Both the position numbers and the translations under genes were made by a program. From IMG/VR virus record IMGVR_UViG_3300022602_000095, positions 1 to 62,503 of that record: a DNA stretch of 62,503 nt; one strand, 5' to 3'. Positions 25,305-35,663 of the stretch are shown here, in pieces (the stretch's first letter is position 1; each line of letters begins with the position of its first letter). This DNA is from a virus. Taxonomy: Duplodnaviria > Caudoviricetes. The notes beneath the pieces are model-generated. The model saw nothing but the letters and a program-made list of their open reading frames with translations, made no database searches and had not been told where the DNA came from.

Positions 25305-25814
25305 TTATCCAAGATAAGCCTGTATTCTTGCATTACCACCTGTTGTACGAACTTGAAATTTAGGATCCGGACTACCTGTTAAAAAGAAAAAATTGTCAAG
25401 GTTTGTTGTTTTTGTCGGATCTAGTACAAATGTAGATGCATTAGCTGAAAGACTTATCGATGTATTGGAGAGCTCCCTTCCAGGAAAGTTAAGAGTAATT
25501 GTAGCACTAGTATTAGCTAAGTAAGTTGATGTTGCAATAGTACCTGGAAAAAGCTGATTTGTTGTTAAAATAGAAGGTGAACTTAATGTCATGTTAATAC
25601 TATTTGCCGGGCTGCCAGATGATGCACTTAATGCATAACCTGTAGAATCAGGGTCTGTATTAAGAGTAATCTTACAAACCATATCGCCATATTTGTTTCC
25701 GAGTGTTGTACCAGAGATGCTCAATAAAAATATTGAGTCAAACCCTGAAGCAATAGCTGTACTATAAATGGTTGAAAGTGTTGGTGTAACTGTTAAAGCT
25801 GATTCGTATGCCAT
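25305..25814 (-). CDS. Ser/Thr-rich virion protein (decoration-like), paralogue 1
   Basis: MAYESALTVTP...LDNFFF...VRTTGGNARI. Confidence 0.6.
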   Translation of the reverse strand: MAYESALTVTPTLSTIYSTAIASGFDSIFLLSISGTTLGNKYGDMVCKITLNTDPDSTGYALSASSGSPANSINMTLSSPSILTTNQLFPGTIATSTYLANTSATITLNFPGRELSNTSISLSANASTFVLDPTKTTNLDNFFFLTGSPDPKFQVRTTGGNARIQAYLG

Positions 25815-25850
25815 ATACATTTATTTGTTCAGAGCATAATATATAAAAGG

Positions 25851-25878
25851 GAAAACCCGGTCTTTCGACCGGGTTTTC
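25851..25878 (-). terminator. terminator after the major capsid gene
   Basis: GAAAACCCGGTC-GAAA-GACCGGGTTTTC, a 12-bp stem with a GNRA loop on the minus strand. Confidence 0.85.
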
Positions 25879-25907
25879 TTTTTGATCTTTCGAGGATCGA
25901 ATACTTC

Positions 25908-27434
25908 TTAGAAGTAAACAGACTGAGTAGCAGGCGTAAATGCTGTACTGAGACCCTGAAGAATAATGACGTGGTAATAAAGATTCGCACCGAAGATGTT
26001 ATCTACAACGCCATAACGGGTTAATAGACCAACACGTGGTGAGAAATCGTTAGGACCGATGGTACGCTGAACCATTACAGGGATGTAAGGGCAGTAGATG
26101 ATACCAGTGTCATAGAACTCAGGCCCCTTGTAACCAAGGAGTGCGTAGTCAAGGCGTGTTGTACGAGTGCTATTGGCGGGGAAACCACCTTTACCACCGA
26201 AGTTACCTCCGGCGTTAGCCTCGAACTGTGCCTCTGTACGTGTGTCACGATAAACATTAAAACGACCGGCCAATGAGCCTACCTTTGCAACACCAACGGG
26301 CTGTGTATTTACTGAACCCTGTACTGGTACCCACTGGAATTCAGGGAGCATTTCTAGGATTGCGCAAACGCGAGGTGTACCAACTACGAAGTTGGCGGAA
26401 CCACGGCGGTTACGTACAGCGATACGATTAGCCTCAATGATGAGTCTCTGATAGAAGTCACGATTACGCTCAACGAGCCAACGACCATCGGCTGAAGCAG
26501 GATTCCAGATTGAGAAGCCTACGCCGTAACCGGCGTTAAGGGCTGTCTGAATCATACGGATGATCATTTCACGGTCGATTTCGGCCTGAAGCTCATATGA
26601 CATAGCATTTGTGAGCTCAGTATCGATATCGATACCGTTCATGTTCTTAAGATCCTGTTCAAGCTCAACGGACCAGCGAGCTGCAAGACGGCGTGTGCCG
26701 GCTTCAACTGCTGTCTTCTCAAAGCTGACGACGATCTGTGGGATGTTACTGCTTAACTCAAACTGGCTGAGTAATGCTGCAACGCCCTGATCTTCAACAG
26801 GAATGACGAAGGATGAACCTGCGCCTAAACCGGAGAGAGACTGTGAGCTCGCACCTGTGAAGGCTGTGTTGAGGTACTGATAACCTAATTCTGGGTTAGC
26901 TGAGAGGGCATTGTTTGCATTACCAGCATACTGTTGTGTGCTGGAAGCATCAAGGGAACCTGTCTGATAACCAAGTGAGGTTGGTTCGTACTTATAACGG
27001 AGTGCAAAAGCAAGACCGACTGGGCCACTCATTGGCTGAACACCAACAATCTCGTTTGTTATGAGTTCAGGGAATGTACGTCTGATCATCGGAATGAGGA
27101 TCTTAGGGAGACGAGCGTCACCGGAAGCATAAGCTGAATCGTTCTGTGATGGGAACTGATTGCCATATGAACCTGCGCCACCTGTTTCACCACCGAAAAC
27201 GCCACTACCTGCAACGCCGTAACCGCCAGCTGTGCCGCCGGATTGGTTTGAGGCCTCAAAGCACCACTTCTCTTGGTTCTCAAGGAGGATAGCGGTGTTT
27301 AAGCGTGTGTGGTCGTCTTCAATTGCGCGAACGTTGTTGGATGTGTAATCCAATACTGGACTCCACTTCTCAAGCAATGTACGCGCACTTCTCTCATCGA
27401 TGTAAGACTGTGAAGGACGGATTGATTTTGACAT
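25908..27434 (-). CDS. gp23: T4-like major capsid protein
   Basis: LLEKWSPVL, LLENQ, GVQPMSGPVGLAFALR, ELEQDLKNMNGID, EIDRE, GYKG..YD.G..YCPY. Confidence 0.97.
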   Translation of the reverse strand: MSKSIRPSQSYIDERSARTLLEKWSPVLDYTSNNVRAIEDDHTRLNTAILLENQEKWCFEASNQSGGTAGGYGVAGSGVFGGETGGAGSYGNQFPSQNDSAYASGDARLPKILIPMIRRTFPELITNEIVGVQPMSGPVGLAFALRYKYEPTSLGYQTGSLDASSTQQYAGNANNALSANPELGYQYLNTAFTGASSQSLSGLGAGSSFVIPVEDQGVAALLSQFELSSNIPQIVVSFEKTAVEAGTRRLAARWSVELEQDLKNMNGIDIDTELTNAMSYELQAEIDREMIIRMIQTALNAGYGVGFSIWNPASADGRWLVERNRDFYQRLIIEANRIAVRNRRGSANFVVGTPRVCAILEMLPEFQWVPVQGSVNTQPVGVAKVGSLAGRFNVYRDTRTEAQFEANAGGNFGGKGGFPANSTRTTRLDYALLGYKGPEFYDTGIIYCPYIPVMVQRTIGPNDFSPRVGLLTRYGVVDNIFGANLYYHVIILQGLSTAFTPATQSVYF

Positions 27435-27530
27435 AGTTTTAAAAAATTTCTTTCTTTTTGTCGACCTTATATTCTATTCAGGGGAATACCCTCAACAACA
27501 AATCTTCTATTCTTTAGAAGAAAATAAAAC

Positions 27531-28409
27531 TTAGTACTTATGAAGCTCGTTCAAGTAAAGATTGAATGCACGATCCTCACTTGCTGGAGTCTCAATAGAC
27601 TCCTCGATTACTGGGCGATCAACAGATGTAGTAACTGTTTCTTCCCTAGCTTCGGTAACAAGATTGTTGAGCCGCTCTTCTTCGGATTTGTCAAAAAGAC
27701 CAAGGGTATAATCAAAGTTTTCTGCGATAAATTTTGCGGACTTTGAACCCAACATCTTTCTCATGTAGGTCTTTCTGTCCTCATCAAGAGAGGAAATATT
27801 CTTCTCGAGAATCAAACTCGCATTGACTGTGTTTAGTTGCTCGGTCAATGTTGCAACCCGCTTATTAGCGGCTTCAAGCTGCTTGGCAGCTTCATCAATT
27901 CTTGTTTTACCGTCAACGACGGCATCACGAATACTCTCTTGGGCGAGAGCCATATCAACGGAAAGCATGTTGCGCATTTCATTAAGAACTGCTGCTGCAC
28001 GCTTATTGTTGACGGCCTCTTGAATTTCAGCTGCTGGGAGCTTCTCTTCAAGATAAAGTTCAAGGTAATTACTTACCTGGTCAATCATTTGATTTTTAAA
28101 ATCTGCAGCTTCTGTTGTAAGAGCTGTTTCATACTTCTCTACGATCTGCTTAAGCTTCTTTACACGATCAGCATCAAGAGCTGCAACAACTTTGTTGAGC
28201 TTGGCAACGTGATCAGCATCAATAGCTTCGATAAGAGTTTCAAGCTTACTAGCATAATCCTCATCCTGTTCATTGAGAGCTTTTTCAACGTGAAGTTTTA
28301 CTTTAGCGTCGACAGAAGCTTCATAGGCTGTTTCAATTTCCTTAAGAACGTCTTCAGTAAGAATGTCCTTAGTTGCTGCCTTGAGGAGTTCGGAGATATT
28401 ATTTTGCAT
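27531..28409 (-). CDS. gp22: prohead core scaffold protein
   Basis: Coiled-coil, V.NYLE motif, located between gp21 and gp23. Confidence 0.85.
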   Translation of the reverse strand: MQNNISELLKAATKDILTEDVLKEIETAYEASVDAKVKLHVEKALNEQDEDYASKLETLIEAIDADHVAKLNKVVAALDADRVKKLKQIVEKYETALTTEAADFKNQMIDQVSNYLELYLEEKLPAAEIQEAVNNKRAAAVLNEMRNMLSVDMALAQESIRDAVVDGKTRIDEAAKQLEAANKRVATLTEQLNTVNASLILEKNISSLDEDRKTYMRKMLGSKSAKFIAENFDYTLGLFDKSEEERLNNLVTEAREETVTTSVDRPVIEESIETPASEDRAFNLYLNELHKY

Positions 28410-28755
28410 AAATTGTTGAGTTTTTTACGGCCTTGTCTATTATTGCTTTGAGCTTGCTTTCGACTGTACCTTGTAAATACTTATCGGCTTGAGCGTAATT
28501 TTTTTGTGAAATTGACTTTAAAAAGTTAGCAATATTTGTTGATTCATTCTTTGCTTCTTCTTCATCAGCTTGATCCGCAACTTGAACCTTAATAGCTGTA
28601 GTTGATTTTGATGCTGCATTACCGAGTTGTTTCTTAAGATCCTGCAATTTTTTCTTCTTAGCAAGATCAGCGGGTTTACCTGCTGCCATATTTTTATTAA
28701 TATCTGTAGCAAGAGCATCGACTTGCTGCTGTAATGTTAATGTAGGATCTGCCAT
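28399..28755 (-). CDS. small prohead core-like protein
   Basis: Charged helical protein in the head operon. Confidence 0.5.
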   Translation of the reverse strand: MADPTLTLQQQVDALATDINKNMAAGKPADLAKKKKLQDLKKQLGNAASKSTTAIKVQVADQADEEEAKNESTNIANFLKSISQKNYAQADKYLQGTVESKLKAIIDKAVKNSTIYAK

Positions 28756-28773
28756 ATTATAATTTTATTTATA

Positions 28774-29436
28774 CTAGAGTTTAGATAAAAACGACAAGAT
28801 TTGCTCTTTTAGGAAAAAGGCAACATCGTGTTTGGGTAAACCGCGAATGCTCTTTTCAAAAGATTCATATACTTCTTCAAGTTTGCCGTCCATACCAAGA
28901 ACATATTGTTTTGATTCAAGAATACCGTTAACAAAAGCTTTAGGGCAACTCGGATCAGCAACACAATCAACAGCAATAAGACGCATTTCGTTTACACGAT
29001 TAATACCATCAGACTGCTCTTCAAGCTGACCAAGGGCACGACTTGACATACCAACCTTAACACCGTCGTTAATAAGTGATCGTACAATCTGACCAACAGG
29101 TGTTGATAATACAATTGATTCACCAATAATAATATTACCATCCTTACGTAAGGAAGTAACCATATGACAGGCTCTTTCAAGATCAACTTCTGCTGAAGCA
29201 GGATGATTTAATTCACCTAACGCGCGCTTTGGTATAACCATTTCCTGAACGTAACGATTAACTTCACGCTCCATATCAGACTCTGTATAGATTCTTTTGT
29301 TCTTATTAACTTCTTCGCAAGCCATATAAGGTCCACGAATTTTCATGATTGACTGGCCCTTTATATTTTTTTGCTCTTCGATATATTCGAACTGCTCTTC
29401 TGAGGCCGGTGTTTCAACTAGTAATCTAAGTGACAT
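28774..29436 (-). CDS. gp21: prohead protease
   Basis: NKNKRIY, ALGELNHP, GMSSRALG, DCVADPS...AFVNGILE. Confidence 0.95.
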   Translation of the reverse strand: MSLRLLVETPASEEQFEYIEEQKNIKGQSIMKIRGPYMACEEVNKNKRIYTESDMEREVNRYVQEMVIPKRALGELNHPASAEVDLERACHMVTSLRKDGNIIIGESIVLSTPVGQIVRSLINDGVKVGMSSRALGQLEEQSDGINRVNEMRLIAVDCVADPSCPKAFVNGILESKQYVLGMDGKLEEVYESFEKSIRGLPKHDVAFFLKEQILSFLSKL

Positions 29437-29459
29437 AAAGATATTTATTGTCCGAATAG

Positions 29460-29918
29460 TTATTTATCTATACCTAACTCTTTTTCTGTTAAAATTAAAA
29501 AGCTATAACCATATTTCTGACACCACTTTCTAGCAGCCTCCCATTTTGCTTGATTCTGTGCAAAGCGTGCGGTTTCGTAAACCATTGTCGACATACGCTT
29601 TCTACCTTTTACAGGTGCAATAGTTTGACCACTTGGTTTAATTTCTATGATGTATTTTTTTATTATATTGCTTTCTTTTATCGCTACAACACCATCAGTA
29701 TAGTAACGGTGTACCTTATGATCTAAAGGGCTTACGTAAGGTATAATAACAGCTTCTGATGCCCATTCTACAACATTAGGGTTATCATCTGCCCATCGAA
29801 AAAATTTTAACTCCCAGCCAGATCGATATACAGGTAATTCCTTACCAATATATTTTGATTTATTTTTTGGATTAAAGATGCCTTGCTTGAATTTACCTTT
29901 ACCGTTTAGAGGGATCAT
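29460..29918 (-). CDS. gp4: head completion protein (TnsA-like nuclease fold)
   Basis: P.NK.KY.G, YRSGWE, WASE..IPY.SP.D..HRYY.D, IEIKP, N.AKW.AA, ILTE. Confidence 0.9.
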   Translation of the reverse strand: MIPLNGKGKFKQGIFNPKNKSKYIGKELPVYRSGWELKFFRWADDNPNVVEWASEAVIIPYVSPLDHKVHRYYTDGVVAIKESNIIKKYIIEIKPSGQTIAPVKGRKRMSTMVYETARFAQNQAKWEAARKWCQKYGYSFLILTEKELGIDK

Positions 29919-29920
29919 AA

Positions 29921-31000
29921 TTAGCCAATGAAGAACATTGGTGGCGCACCATCACCAAAGCCTGTTGCGGCACCGGAGAATAATTTATCTTCAAGCTGTT
30001 TTTTCTCGTCTAAACCTTGATTTAGAAAGTCATTATAATTAATTGTACCGCCACCAAATAGCGAAGTATTGGCATACTTGCCACGTACACTACCAACAGC
30101 AATTTTACATAACGCTAAGGCATATTGAAACACCCACTGTTCTTTAATTACATCTCGAAGAGGTCTCTCAACATAGCAAGCTACCGTTCCCCAAAAATGA
30201 CTACCTGATCCTGGAGTACGTGGTGGTGGGTAAAAAACTAGAGTCTGTGTTCTGTCATCAAAAGTAAATGAACGACGAATTGCTAACATTTTCTCTCTGA
30301 CCTCTAACCAATTCTTTAAAGTGTACCAACTAATAAGATCAAATCCATAATTACCCATCGCATAACTAAAGTATGTTTGTTGTGCTAAGGTTTGCTCAAT
30401 TGTGAATAGAGTATTGACACCATCCGATGTACCTTCTTCAAAATTAAAAATATCAATAACTTTTCTATAATCCATTACATCATAATCAAAGCTATTAACT
30501 GTTTGTAGCTGACTATTGCTTGATGGTGTAAAGAGATTGGCAACAGTACTATTATAGTTGATAACACTTAAATAAGCTGTTGTCGTGAGAATTTGATTCT
30601 GGAAAATACCAGTTGTATATACACTAGAGAGAGCTGGTGATGCACTAAAGAAGCTAGCTGGTATCGATGACGTGGCAGCGTAAACAGTAGCTGACGGTAC
30701 GTTTGTACGGTTGAAGTATGGTGTTACACTGAATAGATCGTCTAATTTTATACCAACACCATCTTTATATAGATCAGAATTGAATACCAAATATTCCTCT
30801 GTATAACCTGCGAATTTAGTAAACATCTCACAAGCTATTGAAATGAATTCAAATAACTGATCTTGATGTATTTCAATATTGATCATTGGTGCACCGAGCG
30901 AACGTGTTATACGATCACCAAGACGACTAAATGATTGTATCTTACTTGTTAGATTAGTACTCTGAAAAGCTGATACTGGTAATACGGCGGAACAATCCAT
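29921..31000 (-). CDS. gp13: neck protein
   Basis: RSLGAPMINIEI, W..QYALA..K, GG.IN, PPMFFIG C-terminus. Confidence 0.85.
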   Translation of the reverse strand: MDCSAVLPVSAFQSTNLTSKIQSFSRLGDRITRSLGAPMINIEIHQDQLFEFISIACEMFTKFAGYTEEYLVFNSDLYKDGVGIKLDDLFSVTPYFNRTNVPSATVYAATSSIPASFFSASPALSSVYTTGIFQNQILTTTAYLSVINYNSTVANLFTPSSNSQLQTVNSFDYDVMDYRKVIDIFNFEEGTSDGVNTLFTIEQTLAQQTYFSYAMGNYGFDLISWYTLKNWLEVREKMLAIRRSFTFDDRTQTLVFYPPPRTPGSGSHFWGTVACYVERPLRDVIKEQWVFQYALALCKIAVGSVRGKYANTSLFGGGTINYNDFLNQGLDEKKQLEDKLFSGAATGFGDGAPPMFFIG

Positions 31001-31026
31001 ACTATTATTTATTAAGCTACAGGAGC

Positions 31027-32796
31027 TTAAGCTGTAGGAGTCTCAGGAGCTGGGGCAGCGGCTCCAGTTGTTTCAGGGACACCTGCTTCCTCAGGTGGAG
31101 CTTCTTCACCGCCAGTTGGTGCCGGTCCAAAGGCTGGCGGAGCACCTTCGCCACCTGGTGCACTACCTCCAATAGGAGCTGCACCACCACCACCACTAGC
31201 CAATGAACCAGCTTCACGCCAATCAGGTCCAGTGTTTTCGATCTGTGAAAGTTCCCATAAAAGCTCTTTATCTTTACGTAAGAACTCTCGATTAGCCATA
31301 ACTTCTGAATCCGTCCATCCAAGATATTTCTTTTGTGCGTATGTTTTTGAAACAAAGTCACTTTGTGTAATACTATTAAAGTTTTCAGCTCTTAGTTGAA
31401 ATTTCTGTTGCTCACGTAACTCATAAAAGTTTGTAGGTACGTTGAATGTTAGATCAATATGAGCGTCTCTGAGTTTCATCTCCTCATAGATACCTTTCAA
31501 CTTAAGATGTGTAATAAATCCACCCTTTAATCCTGATGCAAAGCGTTGTTGTTGACGAATAACAAATCGTGCAAATTTAAGCTCCTCTCTAAGAATGTCA
31601 GCACCATCTTTATATGGATCTTCAGGATTTAAGCGCGTTGAGGGTACTTTTAATGATTTGTAGAGCTTCTTAACAAAATACATTAAATCGGTTAATTCAC
31701 CGAGGTTTGCACCGCCTGCAAGCTGTGTCACAGAGGTACCTTCTGATCCCTGACGCTTGGCAAACCAAAAGCTATCAAGCATGGATTGTGGATTAAATTT
31801 CTGTACTGTAGCACCTTGATTTGCATCGTATGTACGCTTTGACCAATAGTTAGTCATTAATTTACGGAGGTAGGCCTCTGCTTTAGGCGGAGCCATATTA
31901 CCTACATCTACGTTAAAGACCAAACGCTCAGGGGCACGTACAAGACGGTATATGACAATTGCATCTTCAATTAAGCTTAGTTGACGATACGCACGACGTG
32001 CATTCTCAATAAATGGAAGTCGTAGATTTTTATTTTCATTCCAAATACCAGAATTAATATAAGTCACCTGATTAATATCCATTGGTATTAATTCTGTTCT
32101 TGCTATCTTACCAGGATTCTTTGCATCGTAAATTGGCTTACGGAGTAAGTATCCTTTTACGATCATATTCTGTACATTCTCAAATACAGGATCAATGACA
32201 TCTGAAGGAATTGAAATAACACCAAGTATACCTTCTTTAGGATGGTTTTTGTGAATTATATGTTCCCAGTATATTTCAGCATCAACAAGCATCTGACGCA
32301 CATACTCCCACCCTTTATGCTCAAGATCAAAATAGCTAATATATTTTTGAAATTCTTTTTTAATTTTATTTTTTTGTATTTCGGATAAACCTGTATCAAC
32401 AAAACTTAATTTAACGATTTCACCCTGATCATCTTTATTAATAAATTCATCACAAATTTCATCCAATGCATCAGCAACTTCAGAATATGCAGCCATGACT
32501 CGGTAGTCCATGAGACGACGACCTTTATCTGGCTGGATATTAGCATACATGAAATCATGATAATCTTTATTTTGCAAAATACTTGCATATTGATCATCAG
32601 TCATCGAGATCGATGATGATACTGACTGTCGTGTAAGCGCCCCTATTCTATCTGTACCTTTACCGTAGAAGACTTCGTATTTCGGATTTAATGCTTTAAT
32701 CTTATCATTAACATCATAAGATTGGTATGGGAGTTTAGATGATACATATTTCATCAACTCCCGTCCAAAAGTACTTTCTCTATTTGAATCTACCAT
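31027..32796 (-). CDS. gp20: portal vertex protein
   Basis: YR.MA...EV.DA..EI, QL.LIEDAIVIYRLVRAPER.VF.VDVGNM, LYKSLKVP.RL, REELKF. Confidence 0.97.
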   Translation of the reverse strand: MVDSNRESTFGRELMKYVSSKLPYQSYDVNDKIKALNPKYEVFYGKGTDRIGALTRQSVSSSISMTDDQYASILQNKDYHDFMYANIQPDKGRRLMDYRVMAAYSEVADALDEICDEFINKDDQGEIVKLSFVDTGLSEIQKNKIKKEFQKYISYFDLEHKGWEYVRQMLVDAEIYWEHIIHKNHPKEGILGVISIPSDVIDPVFENVQNMIVKGYLLRKPIYDAKNPGKIARTELIPMDINQVTYINSGIWNENKNLRLPFIENARRAYRQLSLIEDAIVIYRLVRAPERLVFNVDVGNMAPPKAEAYLRKLMTNYWSKRTYDANQGATVQKFNPQSMLDSFWFAKRQGSEGTSVTQLAGGANLGELTDLMYFVKKLYKSLKVPSTRLNPEDPYKDGADILREELKFARFVIRQQQRFASGLKGGFITHLKLKGIYEEMKLRDAHIDLTFNVPTNFYELREQQKFQLRAENFNSITQSDFVSKTYAQKKYLGWTDSEVMANREFLRKDKELLWELSQIENTGPDWREAGSLASGGGGAAPIGGSAPGGEGAPPAFGPAPTGGEEAPPEEAGVPETTGAAAPAPETPTA

Positions 32797-32838
32797 AGGT
32801 CAACACTATTACTTAATACCTATTTATTATATTACCAA

Positions 32839-33645
32839 TTATAAATACGTATTCGTATTAGCATTTGATGATGTATATGCTATTGGTCCTATAATCTGTG
32901 GATATGCATATGTTGAAACTGTATCAACCGTTGTAAATTCGGTAGCGGTAAGCTGATTAACAGATGTTAATAATTCAGTTGCATAGAAGTTACTATCAAT
33001 GTAGAAAACATTACCAACAGGATTTTGAGTAGCAGGAAATAACCAGCCCTTAATTGTAAAGGCTGTGTCGCCGACAATTTTATACTTCTCAGTCGGTTGT
33101 ATATCAGTAGGATAGGATAAATTAACATCACCGCTCCATAGCACCTCACTACGTATCTCTTGTGGTATAGAAAATCCCTGAGGTGATAAATCAGTAGGAA
33201 CCTTCCATGAAAGTATAATATATGGATTGTTATACGGTATAAAATTTGATAAAATCTGGTCCATATCAGATTGAAACTTAGTCATGATGGACATGTTTAT
33301 TGAAATATTAACAGGTACCGGGCTGTTATAGTGAATAGATGAAGATCCTTGATTTGTATCATTTGTTCCAGTTGCAAAGTAGTAGCCGTTAATTTTATTG
33401 AATACTCGTGACTCGTCTCGGCTTATATTGCCTATACTGATAGAGATTACAGGCACAGTTATATTTTGTGCTAAATTAACTAAATCGTATAGTACACGCT
33501 GTTTAGGAGCATAAACATATCGTACCTGTACTTTATTTTGTACGACTCTATTATTATCGTATCTATTAATTATTACATCATCAAACGCAGTTACAAATTG
33601 CGTTATTAGATCTTTTATCTCAAAGTGATATGTTTGATTTTTAAT
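32839..33645 (-). CDS. gp15: tail sheath stabiliser / tail terminator (probable ATT start)
   Basis: Frame extends 63 codons above the GTG at 33456 (YHFEIKDLITQF...VRYVYAPK), bounded by an in-frame TAA at 33667-33669; SPVPVNI, DQIL.NF.PY. Confidence 0.8.
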   Translation of the reverse strand: MKNQTYHFEIKDLITQFVTAFDDVIINRYDNNRVVQNKVQVRYVYAPKQRVLYDLVNLAQNITVPVISISIGNISRDESRVFNKINGYYFATGTNDTNQGSSSIHYNSPVPVNISINMSIMTKFQSDMDQILSNFIPYNNPYIILSWKVPTDLSPQGFSIPQEIRSEVLWSGDVNLSYPTDIQPTEKYKIVGDTAFTIKGWLFPATQNPVGNVFYIDSNFYATELLTSVNQLTATEFTTVDTVSTYAYPQIIGPIAYTSSNANTNTYL

Positions 33646-33669
33646 ATGAAATCCTCCTATATTTATTTA

Positions 33670-35298
33670 TCAATGAATACGATCGATAAAATATTTAGGA
33701 AGCTTAGATTTCGCTCTCTTTACAACGTTTATAAAATTACCATCAAGAATATATGTAGTAGAGAAATCATTCTTATTACGAGTAGCACGGCCTGATGCTT
33801 GTACAACGGAGTTAAGCATTTTATTCTCATACCATTCTTTGTCAAGTTCAAATAATTTTTTAATTCTCTTTGATCCTAGCGAAAGAAAAGGTAGTTTTAC
33901 AATTATTTGAAAACGCGCCAAATCATCTTTAAGATCTATACCATAAACAAGAGATGGTGAAACTAATACTGTAGGCTTATCACTTATACAATGTAATTGA
34001 AGAATATCTTCGTTAGTAGAGTTTGTATCCCTATAAAGATATCGATCGTTACCTAGTCTCTCTTTTATAAAAGTTGTAATGATATTTGTATGGGTATGGA
34101 TGATACCCTTATCATCTTTATGATGTTCAGCAATTTGTTTAATCTGCTCACACATACCTGGTAACATACTCTGTAATGTATTATAACTAGGTTTATATTT
34201 TGATGAAATATAGATTGGTGATTTTTCAGGGTCAAACGTACTATCTACTTCAACATATTCATAATCAGTTATACCAAGTGATTTAGCAAAATGTTTATGA
34301 TCAATAATTGTCGCTGACATTAATACAATTCTTTCACCATAATTAAAAATATACTTTGAAAGTGTATTAGCTCTTAAAGGTGTTAAGATGACACGCTTGG
34401 AATCTATATCTACAACAAACTCACAACCCTGCCAGTGTGCGCTAATAATAGTTAATGAACGATGAATATTCTTTAAAAATTGATATTTTATTTTTTCTGC
34501 TTGGGTTATCTGTTTTTGTCTCTTACTAGTTTTATTGAGAAATACACTTAGTTCATTAGTTACATTTTCAATAAGATTATTAATCCATACTAGCGCTCTA
34601 TTGTTATTATCAGTCACGAGAACCTCACACGGTATTCCATTCTGTGATAATTTATCGTAGTTTATTTCAACTGAGAATTGTCGTATAAGTTCATCTTCAA
34701 GCTCCGATGCTTCGTCACAGATCAAAAAGTTTTTACGCTTAACATGACCTGGCAACGACAAAAACATCTTATAATTTAAAACAGAAGATTTTGATAATAG
34801 GGCTTCGTTTCTTGCCGTATAATAAGGGCATCTGTTTTCGCTCCAGCAAGAGTCTCTTAATGCAGGTGAAAAAGTACAAGGTGCTAACTCAACATCATAG
34901 TTATTGTCAATATCACAGGTATAGTTTGTCTTTCCCTTGAGAGTGGTATTATCGTTGAATAATTCTTGATACTGATCCTGTAAAGATTTAGTTATTGTGA
35001 GAGTAAATGTACCGGAAGAAGGTTCATCTTTGCATTCTTGTTCATACAAATAATTGCCTTCAAAGTCCATCTTAAAGGCATCATAGCTACGAATTAGTTG
35101 TGTAAATGTATCACTTGGTTCTTTACCTATATTAGCAAGTGTTTTGGCTATAAAGCTTTTACCCGACCCAGTAGGTGCACAGCAAATAACAAACTTTTTA
35201 CCGCTACTAAAGGCTTTATCTATTCTATTAATTACATCGACTTGTAGTTTACTAGGTGTAAACCCATCTGGAAATTGCGAAATGAGACTTGTTAGCAC
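33670..35298 (-). CDS. DinG/XPD-family SF2 helicase
   Basis: APTGSGKS, LQDQY, Cys cluster, DEAS, MSAT, GIDL, QASGRATR. Confidence 0.9.
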   Translation of the reverse strand: MLTSLISQFPDGFTPSKLQVDVINRIDKAFSSGKKFVICCAPTGSGKSFIAKTLANIGKEPSDTFTQLIRSYDAFKMDFEGNYLYEQECKDEPSSGTFTLTITKSLQDQYQELFNDNTTLKGKTNYTCDIDNNYDVELAPCTFSPALRDSCWSENRCPYYTARNEALLSKSSVLNYKMFLSLPGHVKRKNFLICDEASELEDELIRQFSVEINYDKLSQNGIPCEVLVTDNNNRALVWINNLIENVTNELSVFLNKTSKRQKQITQAEKIKYQFLKNIHRSLTIISAHWQGCEFVVDIDSKRVILTPLRANTLSKYIFNYGERIVLMSATIIDHKHFAKSLGITDYEYVEVDSTFDPEKSPIYISSKYKPSYNTLQSMLPGMCEQIKQIAEHHKDDKGIIHTHTNIITTFIKERLGNDRYLYRDTNSTNEDILQLHCISDKPTVLVSPSLVYGIDLKDDLARFQIIVKLPFLSLGSKRIKKLFELDKEWYENKMLNSVVQASGRATRNKNDFSTTYILDGNFINVVKRAKSKLPKYFIDRIH

Positions 35299-35315
35299 AT
35301 ATACAGTATAATGGC

Positions 35316-35663
35316 TCAGCTGAAGCTTGCAATAACCTTTTTATTAAAAAATTTTGACGTCTTGAGTAATTTAATTGCATTAGTCTGTTCCTTTATACTA
35401 TTGTTGGATAAACAAAACGCATCGAGAGTATAGTCAAATTCAACAATATTGTCTCTAGCGGTAATACCAAATGGGTATGGAAGTTCGTATAATATTTTCT
35501 TATTTTCTTTTTCTAATCCAAGAAGTATAAATATACAGAAAAAATCTTTAATACAAAAGAGCTGTAATTTACCTTGCTTGATAACTTTATTATCAATTGA
35601 AAATGTTACTTTCAAGAGATGTAAAGGTTTTATAATTTGTTCTATTTCTTCTATAGATGTCAT
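35316..35663 (-). CDS. hypothetical protein
   Basis: ORF overlapping neighbours in the operon. Confidence 0.6.
   Translation of the reverse strand: MTSIEEIEQIIKPLHLLKVTFSIDNKVIKQGKLQLFCIKDFFCIFILLGLEKENKKILYELPYPFGITARDNIVEFDYTLDAFCLSNNSIKEQTNAIKLLKTSKFFNKKVIASFS

Noticed and set aside
27540-29533. Overlapping ORFs such as 27837..28451 (+) in the head operon
   Set aside because: Opposite-strand or alternate-frame shadows of gp22 and gp21
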